Shown one piece after another: positions 29,955 through 39,332 of a stretch of 64,000 nucleotides of DNA. A program made the translations under genes and the position numbers. Source of the stretch: Myxococcota bacterium (GTDB lineage Bacteria; Myxococcota_A; UBA796; UBA2385); contig JBIJDH010000012.1 of NCBI GenBank assembly GCA_044344255.1, forward strand, positions 32,001-96,000, written 5' to 3'. Below the pieces are notes generated by a model, which ran no database searches, was not told the origin of the DNA, and was given only the letters and a program-made list of their open reading frames with translations. Each line of letters opens with the position of its first letter. Positions within the stretch are counted from its first letter, which is position 1.

Positions 29955-31324
29955 GCCGCATCGCCTCGATCACCTTCGCGCTCAGCGTCTCCGTCTGCGC
30001 CGCCCTCAGCGCCTGCGGCGCGGGCTCGCTCTCCCTCGAGAAGGGCTCGACCACCGACTCGGGTGATCCGAACGGAGACGACGGCACCGATGGCGCCGAC
30101 GGAACCGACGGCACCGATGGGACAGACGGCACCGACGGCACGGACGGCACCGACGGCACCGACGGAACCGATGGGGGTGACTCGGGGGACACCGGAGACC
30201 CTGTGCTGCCCGAGGCCGACATCATCGTCGACTGTGAAGGCGCCGGGGACTACACGGCGATCCAGCCCGCCATCGAGGCCAGCACGAGCGGTGACGTCAT
30301 CGGCGTCCAGCCCTGCATCTACCGGGAGCGGCTCGACTTCCTCGGCAAGACCATCACGGTCTGGGGCGTCGAGGGCCCGGAGGTCACGATCCTCGACGCC
30401 GAAGGGACCGGCACCGTCGTCAACGTCGAGACGGGCGAGGGCGCGGGCACGCGGATGGCCGGCTTCACGATCACCGGCGGCTACGACGAGTACAACGGCG
30501 CGGCCTTCGAGATCGCGTCGTCCAACCTCGAGCTCGAAGACATCATCATCAGCGGGAACCTCGACGGGCAGTCGATGATCGAGAACGTCGGCGGCTGGGT
30601 CGATCTCACCCGCGTCACCATCACTGGCAACGACGTCAACAGCACCGGCTACACCATCTTCGCGCCGGCGGGCTCGCTCACGCTCGACAGCGTCGAGCTC
30701 GACTGCGACAACGGCGTGGCGGGGATCTACGCCCATCTGCCGCTGCTCATCGACTACTCGGACATCCGCTGCGACACCGGCTATGGCATTCAGAACTACC
30801 ATGGTGAGCTCTGGCTCCAACGGAGCAGGGTGACCGGCGGCATCTACGGGCTGCACACCTATGACAGCGAGCCCACGGTGGAGGAGCCCGACTCGCCCAC
30901 CGAGCGGATGGTGGTGTACAATTCCTTCGTCAGCGGAGGCTCAATCGGGATCTACGTGCGCTGGCAAGACGCGCGGATCGTGAACTCGGTGATCACGGGC
31001 GGAGACTCCGCGATGGCGATGGAGATCTGCAACACCGCCAGCTACGCGCGTAACAGCGTGTTCATGGGCGGCGTCTGTGGCATCACGAGTGACCAGCCCC
31101 TGACGGAGAAGTTCAACGCCTTCTGGGGAAACACCACCGACGGCTGCGGCACCACGGTGTCCCCGGCGGTCAGCGATGATCCGCTGTTCAGCAACTTCCC
31201 GGACGACCTCAGCCTGCTCCCGGGCAGCCCGCTCATCGACGCGGGCGACCCGAACGCAACCTACGATGACGTGGACGGCAGTCGAAACGACATCGGGATG
31301 TACGGCGGCCCCTGGGGACAGTGA
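29951..31324 (+). CDS. Beta-helix lipoprotein, paralog of upstream gene, with (DGT)n linker
   Basis: Lipobox LSAC; DYTAIQPAI cap; C-terminal LLPGSPLIDAG...DGSRNDIGMYGGP. Confidence 0.7.
   Translation: MSRIASITFALSVSVCAALSACGAGSLSLEKGSTTDSGDPNGDDGTDGADGTDGTDGTDGTDGTDGTDGTDGTDGGDSGDTGDPVLPEADIIVDCEGAGDYTAIQPAIEASTSGDVIGVQPCIYRERLDFLGKTITVWGVEGPEVTILDAEGTGTVVNVETGEGAGTRMAGFTITGGYDEYNGAAFEIASSNLELEDIIISGNLDGQSMIENVGGWVDLTRVTITGNDVNSTGYTIFAPAGSLTLDSVELDCDNGVAGIYAHLPLLIDYSDIRCDTGYGIQNYHGELWLQRSRVTGGIYGLHTYDSEPTVEEPDSPTERMVVYNSFVSGGSIGIYVRWQDARIVNSVITGGDSAMAMEICNTASYARNSVFMGGVCGITSDQPLTEKFNAFWGNTTDGCGTTVSPAVSDDPLFSNFPDDLSLLPGSPLIDAGDPNATYDDVDGSRNDIGMYGGPWGQ
30080..30178 (+). repeat. Degenerate 9-bp coding repeat, 11 DG(T/A/G) tripeptides
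   Basis: gacggcacc and synonymous variants. Confidence 0.85.
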
Positions 31325-31399
31325 GCGGGGCACCGGCCCTGCCCGGTCGAGCCGCTCGGCCGACTCGGGCACCCCCGCACGCGCTATTGTCCCTCCGCG

Positions 31400-33310
31400 A
31401 TGACCCACGCCACCCTCCCCCCTGATCCGACGTCCACCCCCATGGGCCGAGACGGCCGCCGGCCCCCGAGCGGGCTGCCCGCCGCGGTGGGTGGGGGGCG
31501 GTACGTCCTCGGCGAGCCGATCGGCGCCGGCGGCACAGCCTGGGTCTTCCGCGCCCAGGATGGCCTGCTCGGGGTGCAACGAGCGGTGAAGGTGCTCAGC
31601 ACAGAGACGCTGGGCCGGGAGTCCCTGCGGGCCCGCCTCCGCTCCGAGGCGCGGGCGATGGCGCGGATCGAACACCCGAACATCCTCCGCGTCTTCGACG
31701 TGGGCGCCGAGGGGCCCTTTGACTGGGTGGTGATGGAGCTGGCCGACGGCGGCTCGCTCCAAGAGCGCCTCGACCTCGCCGGCCCGCTGCCCCCCCACGA
31801 AGCCGTCAGGGTGACCCTTCAGGTCCTCTCTGCGCTCTGCGCGGCCCACGAGGCGGGCGTCGTGCACCGAGACGTCAAGCCCCACAACATCCTGCTCGGG
31901 CGGGATGGGGTGGCCCGCTTGGCCGACTTCGGCATCGCGCTCCTCAACGCCGAAGACGAGGTGCGCCAGACCCGCGCCGGTGTGTCGATGGGCACCCTCG
32001 CCTACATGCCCCCCGAGCAGCGCATCGACGCGCGCAGCGTCGGCCCCGGCGCCGACATCTACGCCGTGGGCACGACCTTCTACGCGCTGCTCACCAATGA
32101 GAACCCGGTCGATCTCTTCGCTGCGCTGGAGGGCTCCCCCCGATGGGAGGCCGTGCCGCCGCAGCTGCGCTCCACCGTCCTCCGCGCCACCCGCCTGCTC
32201 CCCGCCGACCGTTTCTCGAGCGCGCAGGAGATGGCCCTGGACCTCATCCGTCTGCTCCGAGAGGCGGGCGGGGAGCTCGCCGCCCTCGCCAGCGAGACGG
32301 ACTCCACCCTCCGCGCGCAAGGCGCCGCCTTCGAGGCCGCCGCCGCCTTCGGCGCACGAGGGAGCCCCTCGGTGAGCCGCGAGAGGACCGGCGACGGCCC
32401 CTCGAGCGCCTCCAATCCCCGGCCGCCCGCTCCGCCGCGACCGCGGGTGGGCGGCCCGGAGGGCATCGTCGCGACCTTGGTGCCGAAGGCGGAGCCCCCG
32501 CCCGCCGCGCTCCGGTCATCGCCCCCCCGCGCGAGCGCCCACCGGCGCGTCGCCGGGGTCTCCCTCCCGCCGGCGGAGACGCTGCCGCCGGTCTTCGTGA
32601 GCGCCCTCCCGACGGACGAAGGGGAGCCCGCCCTCACGTCGTCCCTCACCTCCTCCGCGGACACATTCCCCGCCCCCCCGCCGCGGCGACGCGTGGCGGG
32701 GAGCCTCGCGCTCGGCGTCACCCTGCTCGTCGGGCTCGCGACCGGCCTCACCCTCGCTCTCCGAAGCCCGGACGAGCCGGGTGGCGGCGCAGACGGGTCG
32801 GCGACGCTCGCCGCGCCCTCCGCTCGGTCGTCGCCCCCCGCCGCCGCCGCGGCTCCGGCCCCCGCCCCGGCCCCTGAGCCGCCGCCCACCTCGGTCCCGG
32901 AAGCGTCCACCCCCGAGGCCCGCGCCGCGGACCGGCCGCCCCGCGGCACGACGAAGGCCCCCGCGAGCCGGGCCGCCGAGAGCGCGGCGACCGCCGATCC
33001 CGCGGCCGCGCCGATCGGCAAGTGGACGGGCTCCTTCGGTGGCCGGCAGGCGGATCTGCAGCTCCGGGGCACCGCCTCGACGCTGCGGGGCACGATGACC
33101 GTGCGCTTCCAACAGAACGCGGTCCGCACCAGCGTAGAAGGCAGCTGGGACGCAGCGACCCGCACCCTCCGGCTCACGGACGTCGAGCAGACGGAGGACG
33201 CGGGCACCTACACCGCCACCCGCTCCGCCGACTCCGGCCAGCTCAGCGGCCGCTTCGACGGCGCCCGGAACGGTCGTCGGGTCAGCTTCAGCCTCCGCCG
33301 AGCACCATGA
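31400..33310 (+). CDS. Membrane Hanks-type Ser/Thr protein kinase with Pro-rich linkers and a small all-beta extracytoplasmic domain
   Basis: IGAGGTAWV, AVK, HRDVKPHN, DFG, GTLAYMPPE, ADIYAVG; TM LALGVTLLVGLATGLTLAL. Confidence 0.92.
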   Translation: MTHATLPPDPTSTPMGRDGRRPPSGLPAAVGGGRYVLGEPIGAGGTAWVFRAQDGLLGVQRAVKVLSTETLGRESLRARLRSEARAMARIEHPNILRVFDVGAEGPFDWVVMELADGGSLQERLDLAGPLPPHEAVRVTLQVLSALCAAHEAGVVHRDVKPHNILLGRDGVARLADFGIALLNAEDEVRQTRAGVSMGTLAYMPPEQRIDARSVGPGADIYAVGTTFYALLTNENPVDLFAALEGSPRWEAVPPQLRSTVLRATRLLPADRFSSAQEMALDLIRLLREAGGELAALASETDSTLRAQGAAFEAAAAFGARGSPSVSRERTGDGPSSASNPRPPAPPRPRVGGPEGIVATLVPKAEPPPAALRSSPPRASAHRRVAGVSLPPAETLPPVFVSALPTDEGEPALTSSLTSSADTFPAPPPRRRVAGSLALGVTLLVGLATGLTLALRSPDEPGGGADGSATLAAPSARSSPPAAAAAPAPAPAPEPPPTSVPEASTPEARAADRPPRGTTKAPASRAAESAATADPAAAPIGKWTGSFGGRQADLQLRGTASTLRGTMTVRFQQNAVRTSVEGSWDAATRTLRLTDVEQTEDAGTYTATRSADSGQLSGRFDGARNGRRVSFSLRRAP

Positions 33311-34551
33311 TCTGGGTCCTCTGCACCTCGCTCGCCCTCGCCGCCCCCTCGATGGGCGTGGGCGTCTCCCCCACGCTCGAACCGAGCTCCGGCTGGGGCG
33401 TCGCCGGGCTCGTGCGCGGAGAGCGGCCCCTCTTTGGGGCTCGGCTCCACCTCGTCGCCGAGGGCCTGCTCGGCAGCGAGCCGGGCGACCACCGCCACGT
33501 CGGCCTCGGGGCGGGCCTCGCCTACCCGCTGTGGGCGCGCGCCGAGGGCCCCACCCTCGCCCTGCAGGGCACCGGCGGCGTCGGGTGGAGCGACGGAGCG
33601 CGCCCGGAGGCCCACCTCCGGCTCTTCCTCGACGAGGCCCCGCGGCAGCGCGTCACGGGTCGGGCGGGGCTCGGCCTCGGGTGGAGCCCAGGCGCTCCGG
33701 CGGCGGTCGCCGAGCTCGGCCTGCGCTGGGGTCGCGCCGCCTCGGCGCCGGGCCGCGCCGCTCATCGGGAGGAGGCCCCCTCTAGCCCCGCGGTGCCCGT
33801 CTCCGCCGCCGCGCCCCCCTCGCCCCTCCCGCTTGCATTGCAGGGCACCCCCGAGGGGTCGCGGGTCTGGGTGCCGCACCCGGTCTGCGCCTGGGTGCCC
33901 GCCTCGGAGGCGGCCGACCTGCTCGCTCCGCTTCCGCCGAACACGCGGGTGGAGGTGCACGCACCCGGCGCGCTCCCCGCCACGGTGTCCCTCTCCGCCA
34001 CCGAGCCGCTCTCGCTCCTCCCCGCGCCGCGCCAAGGCGGGCTGGTGGTCTCTGTGTCCCCCGGAGACCGCCTCCGCGTGGAGGGCGGCGAGGTGCCTGT
34101 GACCGCCGATGGAGTCGCGGTCCTCAACGTCCGAGAGGGGCCGGTGCACATCGAGGTGGAGCAGATCTCCGGCACCACGGCGCTCGAGGGGGCGGTCGCC
34201 GCGGGTCACACCCTCTGGCTGCAGGCCCCTCCACCCACGGCGCTCATCCTCCGCTTCGCCGCCGGCTCCAATTTGCCCGATGACGCCGCGGTCTCCGCGC
34301 TGACCGCGCTCCCCCTCGATCGGTACGCCTGGTCGGTCCAGGGCAGCTACTCTCCCGAGGGCGACCCGACCGCGAACCTGAGCCTCGCCAAGACCCGCGC
34401 CGCCGCCGCCGTCGCCCTCCTCCGCGCCGCTGGCGTGCCCGAGTCGCAGATCGACCTCCTGCCGCCGGGCCCGCCGCCGGAGGGCACCGACTACCGCGAC
34501 CTGCGCGCCGCGCGCCTGACGCCCCGGACCCGGCCCCGGGCGACCCGATGA
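33307..34551 (+). CDS. Exported protein: beta-barrel-like N-terminus, PEGA-like middle, OmpA-like C-terminal domain
   Basis: Signal peptide from ATG 33307; alternating amphipathic strands; LRFAAGS...VQGSYSPEGDPTANLSLAKTRAAAAVALLRAAGVPESQI. Confidence 0.6.
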   Translation: MIWVLCTSLALAAPSMGVGVSPTLEPSSGWGVAGLVRGERPLFGARLHLVAEGLLGSEPGDHRHVGLGAGLAYPLWARAEGPTLALQGTGGVGWSDGARPEAHLRLFLDEAPRQRVTGRAGLGLGWSPGAPAAVAELGLRWGRAASAPGRAAHREEAPSSPAVPVSAAAPPSPLPLALQGTPEGSRVWVPHPVCAWVPASEAADLLAPLPPNTRVEVHAPGALPATVSLSATEPLSLLPAPRQGGLVVSVSPGDRLRVEGGEVPVTADGVAVLNVREGPVHIEVEQISGTTALEGAVAAGHTLWLQAPPPTALILRFAAGSNLPDDAAVSALTALPLDRYAWSVQGSYSPEGDPTANLSLAKTRAAAAVALLRAAGVPESQIDLLPPGPPPEGTDYRDLRAARLTPRTRPRATR

Positions 34552-35585
34552 TGCGCAGGATCCACCCCCTCCTCCTATGGCTCCCCCTGTGCTTCGCGCT
34601 CAGCGCGCGGCCCGCCGCCGCCCACGAACACCGCGTGGTCCGCCCGGGAGAGACCCTCGAGGCCATCGCCGCCACCCTGGGCGTGAGCGCCGCCGAGCTG
34701 GCCAACGCCAACGCCCTCGGCCCCGGCGAGCAGCCCGCGACCGGCGCGGTGCTCTTCGTGCCCACGGAGGAGGACCGAGGGGCGGGCGGTATGCTGCTCG
34801 CCCTCCACGGCACCGGCACGGCGCGCAGCCCGGGCGAGGCCCCTGTCCCCCTCGCGCCCGGCATCGGGCTCCGATCGGGGATGACCGTCTGCACAGACGA
34901 TCACAGCTACGCGACGGTGCGGCTGTCCACGCGCGACCGCACCTGGGCCCACGACGACGTCTCCCTGCTCTCGGGCACCTGCCTCACGCTGGACGACCTC
35001 GCCATCTCCCCGGAGCGCCGCTCATCCTTGCTCTCGGTGGCCTCGGGGAGCGTGGCGGTGCGCGCGGCGAGTCAAGGGACGAACGCCGTGATCGTCCGCA
35101 CGAGCTCTGGCGTCACCACCGGCGTCGGCGGCGGCTTCCGAGTCACCGTCGAACAGGGGGCCTCTCGCACCGAGGCGATCGAGCGCAGCGTCTCCGTGCA
35201 GAGCGGCGGATCCGCGGTCGACCTCCCCGCCGGCTACGGGAGTCGGCTCCGCGCCGGGGCCGCGCCGACGCCCCCGGTCCTGCTGCTGCGCCCCGGTCAG
35301 CCGATGCGACCTCGAGAGGGGGAGGAGCTCCGTCGGCCCGAATTCACCTGGATGCCGGTCGACCGCGCCCTCGGCTACCGCATCGAGGTGGCGGTGCGCG
35401 CCGACTTCAGCGACATCGCCCTGGTCGAGGACGTCGACGAAGCCCGCTGGGCCCCCGATACGCTCTTCCTCCCGACCGCCACCGAGGGCCTCTGGTGGCG
35501 GATCAGCGCCTTCGACCGCACCGGCTTTCAGGGGGTGGCCTCATCCCCTCGCGAAGCCCTCCTACCCCCAGGCATCCACCGCTGA
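34548..35585 (+). CDS. Exported LysM + FecR-like + FN3-like protein
   Basis: Signal peptide ending AAA; HRVVRPGETLEAIA..LGVS..ELANAN (LysM); GMTVCTDDHSYATV, VRTSSGVTTGVGGGFRV (FecR-like); FTWMPVDRALGYRIEVA..DFS, WWRISAFD..GFQG (FN3). Confidence 0.78.
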   Translation: MMRRIHPLLLWLPLCFALSARPAAAHEHRVVRPGETLEAIAATLGVSAAELANANALGPGEQPATGAVLFVPTEEDRGAGGMLLALHGTGTARSPGEAPVPLAPGIGLRSGMTVCTDDHSYATVRLSTRDRTWAHDDVSLLSGTCLTLDDLAISPERRSSLLSVASGSVAVRAASQGTNAVIVRTSSGVTTGVGGGFRVTVEQGASRTEAIERSVSVQSGGSAVDLPAGYGSRLRAGAAPTPPVLLLRPGQPMRPREGEELRRPEFTWMPVDRALGYRIEVAVRADFSDIALVEDVDEARWAPDTLFLPTATEGLWWRISAFDRTGFQGVASSPREALLPPGIHR

Positions 35586-35681
35586 CCCCGGGAGTCGGCC
35601 CCGGATGGCGAGCGCTCCGCTGGACCGGTTAGCAAGGTCGCCGCGGCGGATCTGACGTCCAACGCGACAAGAGGGGGCGGC

Positions 35682-36641
35682 TTGGTTGAGCTGGTCTTGG
35701 AGCGCGCCGGAGAGGCGCTGCACCGTGTCTCGGTGATCGACGGGCACGTCCGAATCGGACGCGCCCCCGGCAATGAGCTCGTGGTGGCCGATCCCACCGT
35801 CTCCAGCCACCACGTCGTGGTCTGGCGCGAGCCCGGCACGCTGTGGGTCAAGGACCTCGGCTCCTCCAACGGCACCTTCATCAACGAGCGGCGCATCAAG
35901 GGCATGGAGCGCCTGCGCGACGCCGACACCCTCCGCCTCGGCCTCACCTGCCGCCTGCGCGTGATGGCCGACGTCCCCGACGTCCACGCCCCGGTCTGCC
36001 GGGTCCTCGAGGTGGAGGACCGCCTCGCGGGCACACGTTTCCCCGTCCGCGCCGAGCGCTTCGTGATCGGCTCCGCCGAGGGCGCCGAGCTCCGCGTCGC
36101 CGAGGGCCCCGCGGTGCTGGCCACCCTGGTGGTTCGCCCCGACGGCGAGGTCCGCATCCTCCGCGATGACAACGATCTGCCACTGCTCATCGGCGAAGAC
36201 GTCGACCTCGGTGGGCGGCTCATCCGCGTGCACGAGGTGGAGGGCCGCCTCGCGCCCACCGTCCAAGAGGCCGAGAACCCCTACCCCTACCGGCTCTCGG
36301 TCACGCTCGAAGGGGCGCTCGGCGCCGAGGCGGTCTTGGAGGAGCTGTCGGGCCCCAAGCTCCGCCGCTTCGACAGCGGCAATCGCGCGGTGCTGCTCTA
36401 CCTCCTCGGCCGCCGCCTCGCCGCCGACCAGTCCGCCCGGGTCGAGGCGGCCGCCTGCGGCTGGTGCCCGGACGACGAGATCATGAGCGGCATCTGGGGC
36501 CGCGCCGGCGACGAGAACAAGCTCAACGTGCTCCTGCACCGCGTTCGAGCCGACCTCCGCGCCGCCGGCTTCGACCCCTGGTTCATCGAGAAGAAGCAGC
36601 GTTACGTACGCGCGCGCCTGCCCGAGGTGAGGCTCCGTTAG
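35682..36641 (+). CDS. FHA-domain protein with a probable C-terminal winged-helix DNA-binding domain
   Basis: IGRAPGN..VSSHH..DLGSSNGTFIN; C-terminal LLYLL...DEIMSGIWG...KLNVLLHRVRADL. Confidence 0.8.
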   Translation: MVELVLERAGEALHRVSVIDGHVRIGRAPGNELVVADPTVSSHHVVVWREPGTLWVKDLGSSNGTFINERRIKGMERLRDADTLRLGLTCRLRVMADVPDVHAPVCRVLEVEDRLAGTRFPVRAERFVIGSAEGAELRVAEGPAVLATLVVRPDGEVRILRDDNDLPLLIGEDVDLGGRLIRVHEVEGRLAPTVQEAENPYPYRLSVTLEGALGAEAVLEELSGPKLRRFDSGNRAVLLYLLGRRLAADQSARVEAAACGWCPDDEIMSGIWGRAGDENKLNVLLHRVRADLRAAGFDPWFIEKKQRYVRARLPEVRLR

Positions 36642-37489
36642 CGAGCGCTGGCCCCCGTGGTGCCCGCCCCCGCGGAGCCCGGGGGATCGGCCCGCAGCGC
36701 CTGGAGCAGGGCGCGCGCCGCGAGGGACAGCCGCTCCTCGGGCAGGTGGACCAGCCCGAGCACCCGCGTGATCGGCGTCGCAGGGTGCGCCCGCTCGACG
36801 AGGCGCCCGGCGGCGAGGTCTTCCGCGGCAGAGCGGCGGCTCGTGAGCGAGACCCCCATCCCCTCCCGCAGCATGCCGAGCACCGCCCCGAGGCTGCCGA
36901 GCTCCATCACGATCGGGACGCCGGGGAAGGCCCAGTCGAGGGCCTCGCGCATGGCGGAGCCCTGGGGGAGCGTGATGAAGGGGGCGTCTGCGGGCGCGTC
37001 GGGGGAGGCCACCAGCACGAGCGGGTCCTCCGCCCAGGGCTCCCCCTCCCCTTGGCCGACGCCGATGTCGACCTCGCCGCTCGCCACGGCCTCGGAGACC
37101 GCCGGCGAGAAGAGCTCCTTCACCTTCAGGGTGATGCCGGGGTGGGCGCGCTGAAAGGCGGCGAGGCGCGGGGGCAGGAGCACGCCGCAAGACACCGCGC
37201 CGCCGCCGACGGTGACCTCCCCGCGGCGCAGGCCGCCCACCTCGCCCACCGCCCGCCGCCCGGCCTCGAGGGCGCCGAGCAGCGCCCGGGCGTGCGGCAA
37301 GAGCGCCTCGCCCGCGCTGGTCAGGCGAGCGCCGTGGGCCCCCCGATCGAGGAGGCGGGCCCCCATGTCGGCCTCGAGGCGCTGGATCGCCGCCGACAGG
37401 GAGGGCTGGGCGAGGTGCGCCCGCTTCGCGGCGGCCGTGAAGGAGCCCGTCTCGACGACGAACAAGAAGGCGCGCAGCTCATCCACCAT
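36638..37489 (-). CDS. LysR-family transcriptional regulator
   Basis: ELRAFLFVVETGSFTAAAKRAHLAQPSLSAAIQRLE; start trimmed to ATG 37489. Confidence 0.93.
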   Translation of the reverse strand: MVDELRAFLFVVETGSFTAAAKRAHLAQPSLSAAIQRLEADMGARLLDRGAHGARLTSAGEALLPHARALLGALEAGRRAVGEVGGLRRGEVTVGGGAVSCGVLLPPRLAAFQRAHPGITLKVKELFSPAVSEAVASGEVDIGVGQGEGEPWAEDPLVLVASPDAPADAPFITLPQGSAMREALDWAFPGVPIVMELGSLGAVLGMLREGMGVSLTSRRSAAEDLAAGRLVERAHPATPITRVLGLVHLPEERLSLAARALLQALRADPPGSAGAGTTGASAR

Positions 37490-37540
37490 CGGGGGCTCCT
37501 GCGACCATCGGGGCTCCTGCGACCATCGGGGCTCCCCGCG
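37485..37540. repeat. 18/19-bp tandem repeat x3 containing the LysR RBS and ATG
   Basis: accatcgggggctcctgcg / accatcggggctcctgcg / accatcggggctccccgcg. Confidence 0.9.
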
Positions 37541-37549
37541 CGGCCGTCC

Positions 37550-37564
37550 ATAGACATCATCTAT
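37550..37564. promoter_or_regulatory. LysR recognition box (T-N11-A dyad)
   Basis: ATAG-acatcat-CTAT in an AT-rich patch between divergent LysR and TSUP genes. Confidence 0.7.
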
Positions 37565-37668
37565 TGGCTCCATTCTATCAATCAGTTGGCCTGATGGCCA
37601 GCCCGAGGCGATGAGGAGGGTGCCCCCGCCCAGCCGAAGAGACCGCGGCGGTGGGCCCGAGGTCCCCC

Positions 37669-38376
37669 ATGTCCGAGCTCCTCCAGATTAGCGCCTTCGG
37701 GCTGCTGGCCGGCCTCCTCACCACGGTGGGGGGCCTCGGCGGCGGCACGCTGCTCGTCGCCGCCCTCACCGCCACCACCGACGCCCACACCGCCCTCGCG
37801 GTCTCCGCCCCGGCCCTGCTGGTCGGCAACCTGCACCGGCTCTACATCACGCGCGAGGCCCTGCCCGGCGCCTCCCTCCGCCCGCTCCTCCTCGGCGGCC
37901 TGCTCGGCGCGGTGGCCGGCGGCAGCCTGACCCGCCTCCTCCCCGATGGTGTGCTCCAGCTCTGCATCGTCGGCTCCACGCTCCTCGCCCTGGTCGGCGC
38001 CTTCGTCCGCCTGCCGAGCCCCCCGAACGCCAGCGGCCTGCCCTGGGGCGCCGTCGTCGGGGCCCTCTCGAGCGCCGGGGGCGGCGCCGCCCTGCTGATG
38101 AACCCCTGGCTGCGCGCCCGCGGCCTCCAAGGCGCCGCCTACGTCGCGAGCGCCTCCTCGATGGCCGTGACCCTCCACCTCGGGCGCATCGCCGCCTTCG
38201 GCGTCGGCGGCCTCATCGGCGCCGGCACCCTCGGACAGAGCGCCCTGCTCGCCGTCATGCTGCCCCTCGGCAACCTGCTCGGGATGGCCGTGGTCCCCTC
38301 GCTCAGCGCCGTCGTCGCCAACCGGCTGCAGATCGGCCTGCTCGTGCTCACCGCACTGTTCACGCTCCTCGAATAG
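37669..38376 (+). CDS. TSUP (TauE/SafE-like) membrane transporter
   Basis: Highly hydrophobic; GLLTTVGGLGGGTLL and internal repeat GALSSAGGGAALL. Confidence 0.75.
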   Translation: MSELLQISAFGLLAGLLTTVGGLGGGTLLVAALTATTDAHTALAVSAPALLVGNLHRLYITREALPGASLRPLLLGGLLGAVAGGSLTRLLPDGVLQLCIVGSTLLALVGAFVRLPSPPNASGLPWGAVVGALSSAGGGAALLMNPWLRARGLQGAAYVASASSMAVTLHLGRIAAFGVGGLIGAGTLGQSALLAVMLPLGNLLGMAVVPSLSAVVANRLQIGLLVLTALFTLLE

Positions 38377-38628
38377 ACCGGGCTTGGCGTCGAGCTCGGC
38401 CCTGGGAGACGGCGCCAGGATGGAGCTGGCCCAGCGTGGATCGGCGGTGCCTTCGCGGTAGCTGTCGTTGATCCTTGGGGAGTCGCCTCCAGAGTGATTG
38501 CGAGTTGATCAGCGCTATGCTCCGAGTCCGAATTTGTGATAGCATGCGGACAAGCCACCCGTTCGAGCAGTTTGGACGCAATAGCGGATTACATTACATC
38601 AACTCTCTAAAATCGAGGCGGGCTGATC

Positions 38629-39309
38629 ATGGAGACTTGGCTATTCGGGACACGGTTTCGATCTGCAGTACTGATCGTGGGGTTATCTCCCGCGTGCGCC
38701 AGTAAGGGCGAGGATGAATTCTGGCTGGACTCGGATTTCTGCAACGCAGCGGCGGATAATCCGGAGACAGGGTCTGTCACAACAGGAGAAATTGGAGGAG
38801 ACTATGTTCCATCGAATGCCCATTTTGGATGGGACTATGCGGGTTCGCTGGATTCGGGAGCGGATAAGATAGTTACTCACATTGATTTTTATCTGGACAT
38901 GTCGGATTTTGGATTCGCTACACCTGCCCCGCCGGAGACTTGTGAGCCAATCGAATCCATGGAAGTCAGTTTCTGCGAATCGGAAGAATGTTTTTCATGG
39001 ATGCACGTTATTGCAACCAAAGGTGAACCGATTCCCGTATATGATGACGATGAAGGATGGGATGGTGTAGACATCTTTAATCTTGACAGTGGATCGGCTT
39101 TGGCTACGATTGATTGGAATCCCGGCACGCAGTGCAGCGTGGCTGACGTCCGTCTTTCCCTCACCGACGTTGTGATGTCTTGTGGTTATACCGACCCCGA
39201 TTGCATGGACGACCGTCCGCTGCGCTTCGACTGTGAGCTTGCGTCCTCCCAGATAGACTTCTGGGACCTGCGTGAGCCGGTGGATGGCGGGAGGCAGGCG
39301 GCGCCCTGA
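38629..39309 (+). CDS. Hypothetical acidic Cys-rich lipoprotein (lower GC), copy 1
   Basis: Signal ending SPAC; 8 further Cys; many A/T third codon positions; supported by paralog 1980 bp downstream. Confidence 0.75.
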   Translation: METWLFGTRFRSAVLIVGLSPACASKGEDEFWLDSDFCNAAADNPETGSVTTGEIGGDYVPSNAHFGWDYAGSLDSGADKIVTHIDFYLDMSDFGFATPAPPETCEPIESMEVSFCESEECFSWMHVIATKGEPIPVYDDDEGWDGVDIFNLDSGSALATIDWNPGTQCSVADVRLSLTDVVMSCGYTDPDCMDDRPLRFDCELASSQIDFWDLREPVDGGRQAAP

Positions 39310-39332
39310 GACTCGGAGCTATCGCACCTTGA

